A stretch of 63,967 nt of DNA, the filler included, from a bacterium (GTDB lineage Bacteria > JACRDZ01 > JAQUKH01), in NCBI GenBank assembly GCA_028719205.1. It is 4 parts of 4 records of this genome, joined end to end, with 100 filler letters (N's around TTAATTAATTAA, not from the genome) between each part and the next. Parts side by side here need not be neighbours in the genome. Positions count along the whole stretch, not along the records: positions 1 to 18,482 come from JAQUKH010000041.1; 3 more parts are not named here. One strand, 5' to 3'. The translations under genes and the position numbers were made by a program. Of this stretch, positions 9,523 through 16,419 are shown piece after piece. The notes under the pieces were generated by a model. That model did no database searches. It was not told the origin of the DNA and saw nothing but the letters and a program-made list of their open reading frames with translations. Numbering within the stretch: the stretch's first letter is position 1; each line of letters starts with the position of its first letter.

Positions 9523-10377
9523 ATGGCGACAATTAAGGATTTCATCAAGAAGCACCCGGTGATTACCTATTTCGTTATGACATTCGCCATCTCATGGGGT
9601 GGCGTCCTCATCGTGATCGGTCCCGGTGGAATCCCGGCTGCCTCCAAGGAACAGTTTGATGCGCTACTCCCGGCCGCGATTCTGGCGTTGCTCGCCGGGC
9701 CCAGTGTAACGGGCATCCTGTTGACCGGCCTTGTCTATGGAAGAGCGGGCTATCTCGAGTTTTTATCCCGGCTGTTCAGGTGGCGGGTTGGTATTCGCTG
9801 GTACGCGGCAGCGCTCCTGATCGCCCCGCTTGTGATGACGGCGGTACTATTTGCACTCTCTTTTTTATCCCCACAGTTCCTACCCGGCATATTTGTATCA
9901 AATGACAAGATATCCCATTTGATGTTCGGTCTCTCGGTGGGGTTAGTTGCAGGCCTCTTCGAGGAGCTTGGCTGGACAGGCTTTGCAATTCCTGAATTGA
10001 TAAAGCGTTATAGTGTATTTATTACCGGTCTTATCGTTGGTGTTCTATGGGGAGTATGGCACTTGATCGTGTGCTACTGGATAAGCGGCACTTACTCCGG
10101 AGAACTTTCCCTGATCAGCTACCTGCTCGATCCTCTATTATTGTTGCCGGTCTTCAGGGTGCTTATGGTGTGGGTCTACGACCGTACAGGGAGTCTTCTC
10201 GTAGGGATGCTTATGCATATAAGTCTTACAGCCAGCGCGCGAATCATCAGTCCCCTGGTGATAGCTGGGGTGTCTCTCCTGGCCTTTGATCTTGTATGGT
10301 TCGCCGCTGTATGCGGCATAGTTGCCGCGGTCGCCGTGGCCAACGGAGGACAATTTTCGCGACAACCGATCAAATGA
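9523..10377 (+). CDS. CPBP (CAAX/Abi) intramembrane metalloprotease
   Basis: FEELGWTGF, WGVWH, GMLMH motifs; GC visibly above flanks; GTTATGC core-site-like motif at 9499 before the RBS. Confidence 0.88.
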   Translation: MATIKDFIKKHPVITYFVMTFAISWGGVLIVIGPGGIPAASKEQFDALLPAAILALLAGPSVTGILLTGLVYGRAGYLEFLSRLFRWRVGIRWYAAALLIAPLVMTAVLFALSFLSPQFLPGIFVSNDKISHLMFGLSVGLVAGLFEELGWTGFAIPELIKRYSVFITGLIVGVLWGVWHLIVCYWISGTYSGELSLISYLLDPLLLLPVFRVLMVWVYDRTGSLLVGMLMHISLTASARIISPLVIAGVSLLAFDLVWFAAVCGIVAAVAVANGGQFSRQPIK

Positions 10378-10393
10378 AAATAATATTAACAGC

Positions 10394-10730
10394 CTCTTTC
10401 CTTGCTTGTGATTTGTTTCCGTTGTTTTTCTTGATTAACTTATTAGAGCGGCTCAAACTGTTAAAACTGCTTGAACGGATTAAACGATTTTTCACCTTCC
10501 GCGCTATCTTCTCATTTCTTTACTGATGACGTTGTGACTTTGCAACTTGCCTGCCCGCCTCTGGAGGGCCTGCCCGCCGTAGGAGGGTGACTTTTTATTT
10601 CTGCTATCTTTTCTATTGAACAAATCTAAAAATATGATATAGTTTAACGGATTGCTTCTTTGTATAAAAATGCGAGAAGTGGCGATATTTATTCATTCTT
10701 ACTTATCTATTCTTTTTAGCCAAGTCTCAA
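10394..10730 (+). repeat. Mosaic intergenic repeat module with tandem 19-nt inserts and duplicated promoter block
   Basis: About 10600-10700 is nearly identical to 6511-6610; shares the 9-mer array and cttccgcgctatctt. Confidence 0.85.
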
Positions 10731-10775
10731 TGTAATTACGCTGTTTGTATATTAATTGTTAAGAGGAATAAAAAT

Positions 10776-11246
10776 ATGAATACGAAAATAGCTGAAAAAC
10801 TTTTATTGTTACAATTGGAGTGGATAAAAGCTGCAGACTCAAAGGTCTCTCCCATTTTTGCAATTAATGTCGCTATGTTAGGATTAATCGTTGCTTTGAT
10901 AAAAACGGTAACCTTATGGACTATTGGTCCGGCAATAATATCTACTTTAAGTCTTATCCCCTTAGCTTTAAGCATAGGATTCCTTGCATTTGCAATGTTT
11001 CCGAGATTAAGCGGTCCAAAAGGTTCAAATGTGTTTTTCGGCGAAATTACCAAGAAAGCAGAAACCGTATATTTAAATGAAATGAAAACATTGAATGATG
11101 AAAAATATGAAAACGATCTTTTAAGTCAAGTTTATAGAAATGCTGAAATAGCAGAAACAAAATACGCTTATGTAAAGTTGGCTTTCATATCTTCTTTCAT
11201 AAGTGTTCCATTTTGGTTATTAGCAATTTACTTGCTATATGTTTAG
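10776..11246 (+). CDS. pycTM: Pycsar transmembrane effector (PycTM)
   Basis: WIKAADSK, AMFPRL, NVFFGEI, DLLSQVYRNAEIAETKY; three TM helices; directly upstream of the cyclase. Confidence 0.85.
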   Translation: MNTKIAEKLLLLQLEWIKAADSKVSPIFAINVAMLGLIVALIKTVTLWTIGPAIISTLSLIPLALSIGFLAFAMFPRLSGPKGSNVFFGEITKKAETVYLNEMKTLNDEKYENDLLSQVYRNAEIAETKYAYVKLAFISSFISVPFWLLAIYLLYV

Positions 11247-11267
11247 TTTAGGAGTGGATGTAAAGAT

Positions 11268-11960
11268 ATGTCTTTAAAAGATGAGTTGGAAAGCAAAGTA
11301 AAAAGCATATTTAGTGAGCAATGGACTGAGAGGGATGGGCAAGTTGTACCATCAGTTGAAGATTTAAAGCTTGGTAATGATGCCGTAAAACTTGATGGTG
11401 TAGTCCTTTATGCTGATATGTCTGAATCTACGAAATTAGTAGATTCAAAAAAGGCATTCTTTGCTGCGGAGATTTATAAAGCATATTTACACTGTACAGC
11501 TAAGATAATTGAGTATGAAGGTGGAGAAATTACAGCTTATGATGGAGACAGAATTATGGCTGTATTTATTGGTGATAGCAAAAATACGTCGGCAGTGAAA
11601 GCTGCATTGAAAATCAACTATTCCAGAATACAAATAGTCAATCCTGCAATTAAAAATCAATACAAAGATGAGACATATCAAGTTAAACATACAATAGGGA
11701 TTGATAGTTCCAATCTTTTTATCGCAAGAACAGGCATTCGGGGATCAAATGATCTTGTTTGGGTTGGAAAGGCTGCAAACCACGCAGCCAAACTTTGCGA
11801 GCTGTCAAATGACTACACCACTAGAATAACAGCCGATGTTTACAATAACCTCCATCAAAGTGTTAAATATTTTGAAGAAAAATCTATGTGGGAGAAAGTT
11901 ACTTGGATTGATATGAATAAAACTATTTACTGTTCAACATGGTGGTGGAGTGTCTCTTAA
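11268..11960 (+). CDS. pycC: Pycsar pyrimidine cyclase, uridylate-cyclase-like
   Basis: VLYADMSEST, TAYDGDRIMAVF.G.SKNTSA, IGID, R.GIRG.NDLVWVG.AAN.AAKL, C-terminal STWWW; closely resembles the cUMP-making Burkholderia PycC type as recalled. Confidence 0.9.
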   Translation: MSLKDELESKVKSIFSEQWTERDGQVVPSVEDLKLGNDAVKLDGVVLYADMSESTKLVDSKKAFFAAEIYKAYLHCTAKIIEYEGGEITAYDGDRIMAVFIGDSKNTSAVKAALKINYSRIQIVNPAIKNQYKDETYQVKHTIGIDSSNLFIARTGIRGSNDLVWVGKAANHAAKLCELSNDYTTRITADVYNNLHQSVKYFEEKSMWEKVTWIDMNKTIYCSTWWWSVS

Positions 11961-12022
11961 CAAATTACTGCACTTGACATTTTTTTACTTCGCTCAAAAT
12001 GCAGGTAAACTCAACGTCGAAA
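11955..12022 (+). other. Degenerate attC site ending the Pycsar cassette
   Basis: R'' TCTTAAC-AAATT-L'' ACTGCACT ... GGTAAAC-TCAAC-GTCGAAA; CTCTTAAC is the exact complement of GTTAAGAG at 10758 upstream of pycTM. Confidence 0.65.
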
Positions 12023-12044
12023 CATAAGGAGATCTCTTTAATCC

Positions 12045-12466
12045 ATGGGAAAAGAATTAAGGGAGTATAGAAACCATCTGGTTGCAGCAGAACAAAAAGC
12101 ACAAGAAGATTTTGATAAAACAGTACTATCCTTGTCAGGTGGTGCTCTTGGCATCTCCTTTGCATTTATAAAAGATATTGTTGGTGCAGGTCCTTTCGAA
12201 AAACTCTTTTTTCTATTGTTTTCATGGATTTCTTGGAGTAGTAGCATTATCATTGTACTATTGTCATTTTTCTTCAGCCACTTGGCTTTGCGTCAAGCAA
12301 TAAATCAGGTAGATAAAAAAATATCTACAACGAGCGACCTGGTGGTTGCTACGACTTTATCACTGCTATATTTAATATCCTCGGAGGTTTATTATTTTTC
12401 GTTGGGGTTATTTCAATAATTTATTTTGTTAGTTACAATCTACCAAAAGGAGGGCAAATAAAATGA
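12045..12466 (+). pseudogene. 3-TM membrane protein with probable frameshift in an A7 run near 12315-12321
   Basis: ORF ends at 12419, but the shifted frame gives NIYNERPGGCYDFITAIFNILGGLLFFVGVISIIYFVSYNLPKGGQIK* ending in an ATGA overlap with the next ORF; may be a sequencing error. Confidence 0.6.
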
Positions 12467-12615
12467 CGGATAATCAAAAAGATACACCTATCAAAGCTCC
12501 TGTGCCTGAACCTAATAAGCACTTTGAAAGGGGTTATAGGCCACCACCACCTCCTCCAAAGCCAGATGGAGGTTATAGACCTCCTCCACCTCCACCAAAA
12601 CCAACTAAGAAATAA
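12463..12615 (+). CDS. 50-aa proline-rich peptide with duplicated GYRPPPPPPKP (absent from ORF track)
   Basis: AGGAGG RBS; MTDNQKDTPIKAPVPEPNKHFERGYRPPPPPPKPDGGYRPPPPPPKPTKK*; the two repeats differ at synonymous positions. Confidence 0.75.
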   Translation: MTDNQKDTPIKAPVPEPNKHFERGYRPPPPPPKPDGGYRPPPPPPKPTKK

Positions 12616-12690
12616 ATTGTTTCAATAAAGGTTTTTTTGTATTCGGAACATTGTTTTCTAGAGTAACTAACTATTAAAAGGAAACGGTAA

Positions 12691-12717
12691 GAGGGCAGGC
12701 ACAAGACCTGCCCCTAC
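12691..12717 (-). repeat. GTAG-family REP, inverted relative to the 6222 copy
   Basis: Reverse complement GTAGGGGCAGGTCTTGTGCCTGCCCTC (one mismatch to the 6222 copy). Confidence 0.75.
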
Positions 12718-12869
12718 AAAAAAATCCCATCCAACAAAACCATAATGTATGTCAGGGACATTGGTTCCTAGTAATACTAACTATTTAAATCATCTCTTTA
12801 TCTTCTCATTTTTTTAAATAATTCCAAGAACCATTCATTTTGCATTTCACGCACAGTTCATATGCATTC

Positions 12870-12897
12870 TTGACAAAAAAAGTTAATTTGATATAAT
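12870..12897 (+). promoter_or_regulatory. sigma70-like promoter
   Basis: TTGACA-16bp-TATAAT. Confidence 0.55.
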
Positions 12898-13030
12898 AAT
12901 AACGAGCGAATAATATAAATTAAATAGAATATTTATTTAGTTTTCAGGAATACAAGGTTTAAAATATTAGTGATCTAATTCAAAGTTTCTATCAGAATAT
13001 AATAACCATAAAACAGAAGGGGGTATTTGT

Positions 13031-14149
13031 ATGTATCAAGAGAAAAGAACAAATGCTCGTTTTGAACCTCCAGAGATAAATGTTTCAGCGAAAACAACAT
13101 CTGGAAACCAGCTCACTGGATATTTACTTGATATCTCCTCTGGGGGGTTGGCAATAGATTTACCAGAAAAGGTAGATCTCCCGGATATAAATTCTAAAGT
13201 AGAAATCAATGTAAGAATTAAGGATTATTCTCCAAACTGGATTTCACTCGGTTATGCTAACGTTTCACGCAGATGGACTGAATCAACATATTTTGATAAT
13301 GGGAAAGGAGTTGCACTAATACTTGATGCTAAAATTACAGACCAAAATTTATATCGTTTTCTTTTAAAAGGAACGCAACAACATACTCGTTTGATAAAAC
13401 AAGATAGTTTAGCGTCCCAAGATATCAACCATCTTAGTGCATATAGACGTTCACTTTCTGATTGTCAAATACATCTATTTACAAGCACAATAACACTTTC
13501 GGTATCATTTGCAGCTGCGTATTTTGCATTAAATTATTATGGTATAGTTACAAAAAGTAAAGACGATATTGCTATGAGTTTTTGGCGTACTCTTGTAGCA
13601 GCTTTGCCAGGAATTATTGCAATCGTTTTTGGTCTTATGGTTTCACAAAAAAATGCGTCAATTCAACGGATTGATGCTTATTTGACAGTACTTAAGGAAT
13701 GTTTAATTAAAAATAGTTATCCACGAGAATATAAGGGATGGGAAACGGAATCATTTAAATTAAGGCATGTTATGAATACCACGTCTTGTGAAAATTGCGA
13801 AATTATTAGAAAATGTGGCACATTAACAGAAAGAGAGCAAAAGTATCTTGATTCCCGTAAACTTTTTACAAATCCACCAATTGATATTTATTATATAATT
13901 ATGTATTTTAGCTTCTATGCAATATTAATAATATCAACGATTGCAGTAGTTTTTGAATTGCAGCAATATCAATGGGGTTTAAATATATTTATGTTAATAA
14001 GCTCTACAATAACATTGATTATGTTGATTTCATTATTTGGTATATTTTATTTAAACGTTCAACTTAGAAAAGGAAAATATTCGATTGATTATTACAAACG
14101 TTGCTGGATTGATTTACTTAGCAGATGTCGAAAAAATGTTATTTTATAA
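13031..14149 (+). CDS. PilZ-domain plus 4-TM membrane protein
   Basis: EKRTNARF (RxxxR) and DISSGG (DxSxxG); two pairs of TM helices; CENC..C loop. Confidence 0.7.
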   Translation: MYQEKRTNARFEPPEINVSAKTTSGNQLTGYLLDISSGGLAIDLPEKVDLPDINSKVEINVRIKDYSPNWISLGYANVSRRWTESTYFDNGKGVALILDAKITDQNLYRFLLKGTQQHTRLIKQDSLASQDINHLSAYRRSLSDCQIHLFTSTITLSVSFAAAYFALNYYGIVTKSKDDIAMSFWRTLVAALPGIIAIVFGLMVSQKNASIQRIDAYLTVLKECLIKNSYPREYKGWETESFKLRHVMNTTSCENCEIIRKCGTLTEREQKYLDSRKLFTNPPIDIYYIIMYFSFYAILIISTIAVVFELQQYQWGLNIFMLISSTITLIMLISLFGIFYLNVQLRKGKYSIDYYKRCWIDLLSRCRKNVIL

Positions 14150-14295
14150 ATATTTGAACAAAAGTGTATCCGTTGTTGCCTAGAGTGACTAATTATTGAC
14201 AAATATTTGAAGAATGGTACAATCACAATATACCAAGATGAGCAAGATTAGATATGCCGGGTGTAGGCTTTGCTAAGGCCCAAACAGGAGGACTT

Positions 14296-14895
14296 ATGAA
14301 ACAAATTTCAGGCGTTTTATTTTTTGTTCTTGTGTTGATAAGCTTTGGAAATTTTGGTGCTTTTGCGGAAAATAAGAAAGTGTCGGCCGCGCATATTTGC
14401 CAGGTTGGCAATTTGAAAAGTACCGATAGCCAGACATTACTAAAGGTAGGCGATAAAGCTCCGGATTTTGAGTTGATATCTATCTCTGGTGAAAAGGTCA
14501 GTTTAGGACAGTATTTTGGCAAAAAAAATATTGTTATTTCATTTGTGCCGGCGGCATGGACCCCGGTATGTTCAAATCAGTGGCCTGGATACAATGAAAT
14601 TGAGGATATTTTTAAGGCGCATGACGCGATACTTTTGGGAATTACGGAAGATAACATTCCCACTCTATATGCCTGGACGCAGGATATGGGCGGTGTTTGG
14701 TTCCCGGTCTTGTCTGATTTTTGGCCTCATGGTGCTGTGGCGATGAAATATGGAGTTTTACGTTCCAGCGGCACTTCAGAACGCGCGTTATTTGTTATTG
14801 ACAAAAAAGGTATCATTTCTTACATAGATGTGCACAATATTAATACCCAGCCGGACATTGATGTTTTAACTGATGAGTTGAAGAAATTGAAATAA
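14296..14895 (+). CDS. Exported peroxiredoxin (AhpE/AhpC-TSA family)
   Basis: GDKAPDFEL, PAAWTPVC, LSDFWPHG, ERALFVIDK; start after AGGAGG. Confidence 0.85.
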   Translation: MKQISGVLFFVLVLISFGNFGAFAENKKVSAAHICQVGNLKSTDSQTLLKVGDKAPDFELISISGEKVSLGQYFGKKNIVISFVPAAWTPVCSNQWPGYNEIEDIFKAHDAILLGITEDNIPTLYAWTQDMGGVWFPVLSDFWPHGAVAMKYGVLRSSGTSERALFVIDKKGIISYIDVHNINTQPDIDVLTDELKKLK

Positions 14896-15163
14896 ATGAG
14901 TTTGCGGCCAAAAATATTATTATAGACGCCCAAAGAGTAAAGTGTTATAATTATTTAAGATAGTTAAGCAGTCATTGAAAACCTCTAATCGGTTCAATCC
15001 ACTAAAGGTGTACAAGTCGGCTTCGTTCAAAAGAACTCTTTCCAAAATAAAGACTTCGGAATAAATCCTGTATGTTAGAAAAATATGAAAGAATAATTTG
15101 GGAGTTCAATAGATATTGTTTTTGGAATTAGTATAATATTTAATCTTAAAATTGGAGAAATAA

Positions 15164-16237
15164 ATGGATGTTGGAATTGTAGGATTGCCTAATGTCGGGA
15201 AATCAACGCTTTTTAACGCTTTAACGGGCGCGGGTATTGCCGCGGAAAATTTTCCTTTCACAACAATTGAGCCTAATGTTGGGATCGTGCCTTTGCCTGA
15301 TGAAAGGATGAATGTTTTAGCGGAAAAAGTCAGCAGTAAAAAAATCGTGCCCGCGGGAATACGATTTGTTGATATTGCCGGAATTGTTAAGGGCGCGAGC
15401 AAAGGCGAGGGGCTCGGAAATAAATTTTTGTCGCATATCCGGGCGGTGGACGCGATTACACATGTAGTTCGTTGTTTTAGAGATGATGATGTTATAAATG
15501 TGCTGGGTAATCTTGATCCTTTGCAGGCCGCGGATATTATAGAAACAGAGCTTTTATTAGCTGATCTGCAGCAGGCTGAGAACGCGCTTGAAAGAGTAAG
15601 AAAATCTGCAAAATCAGGAGATGCGGAGGCTAAAGCGAAATTTGAAATAATTCAAAAAGTCATTGAGGGTTTTAACGATGGCAAATCGATCAGAGTCCAA
15701 AAGATCGATAAAACTTTAATTGGTGAATTTCAGTTTTTAACTGAAAAACCGCTATTGTATGTCGCGAATACTGATGAAAAAAATACCTGTCCTGATATGA
15801 TAAAAACACTGGAAGAACGCGCGAAATTAGAGGGAGCGGGGATAGTTGTTTTGTGCGCTAAAATGGAAGCTGAAATTGTTGAACTGCCCCAGGAGGATCG
15901 CGCGTCATATTATGAAGCGGCGGGAATAATATCACCCGGGCTTACAAAATTAGCTCAGGAAGGCCAGAAACTTCTTGACCAGGTATGTTTTTTTACAACC
16001 GGGCCGAAAGAAACAAGGGCCTGGCTGGTCTCAAGAGGGACTAAAGCTCCAAAAGCCGCGGGGAAGATCCATTCGGATATAGAACGCGGTTTTATCAGGG
16101 CTGAAGTTTATAGATATGATGATCTTATTAAATATGGCTCAGAACAGGAATTAAAATCTAAAGGCTTAGTGACATTAGAAGGAAAAGAATATTTAATGCA
16201 GGATGGAGATGTCGTTAATTTTAGATTTAATATTTAA
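15164..16237 (+). CDS. ychF: Ribosome-associated ATPase YchF
   Basis: GIVGLPNVGKSTLFNALT, DIAGIVKGASKGEGLGNKFL, C-terminal TGS domain. Confidence 0.97.
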   Translation: MDVGIVGLPNVGKSTLFNALTGAGIAAENFPFTTIEPNVGIVPLPDERMNVLAEKVSSKKIVPAGIRFVDIAGIVKGASKGEGLGNKFLSHIRAVDAITHVVRCFRDDDVINVLGNLDPLQAADIIETELLLADLQQAENALERVRKSAKSGDAEAKAKFEIIQKVIEGFNDGKSIRVQKIDKTLIGEFQFLTEKPLLYVANTDEKNTCPDMIKTLEERAKLEGAGIVVLCAKMEAEIVELPQEDRASYYEAAGIISPGLTKLAQEGQKLLDQVCFFTTGPKETRAWLVSRGTKAPKAAGKIHSDIERGFIRAEVYRYDDLIKYGSEQELKSKGLVTLEGKEYLMQDGDVVNFRFNI

Positions 16238-16243
16238 AAAATA

Positions 16244-16269
16244 AAGAATAGGGGTAGCGTCCTATTCTT
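16244..16269 (+). terminator. Hairpin downstream of ychF
   Basis: AAGAATAGG-8nt-CCTATTCTT. Confidence 0.45.
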
Positions 16270-16419
16270 ATGTTTGATCATAATATATATTTAATTGCCC
16301 CAATTTTCTATACTCTTCAGTTCTTCCGCTTTTCCGAACTACGATTTGCCTGAGTCGATATTCCATTTTGAAAAATGAAGTTAATCTGATATACTAACAA
16401 AAAAATAAATGGAACAATT

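Larger units (their letters stand above)
12649..14197 (+). repeat. Three copies of a 27-bp direct repeat (12649-12675, 12759-12785, 14171-14197)
   Basis: CATTGTTTTCTAGAGTAACTAACTATT / CATTGGTTCCTAGTAATACTAACTATT / CGTTGTTGCCTAGAGTGACTAATTATT, ungapped. Confidence 0.6.

Noticed and set aside
6252-10730. Repeat modules as a CRISPR array
   Set aside because: No constant 23-47 bp repeat with regular unique spacers, and no cas genes.
11268-11960. Ordinary adenylate/guanylate cyclase
   Set aside because: PycC-type sequence features and the adjacent PycTM gene indicate Pycsar.
14296-14895. Possible selenocysteine peroxiredoxin
   Set aside because: The TPVC codon is TGT (Cys) and the ORF is uninterrupted.
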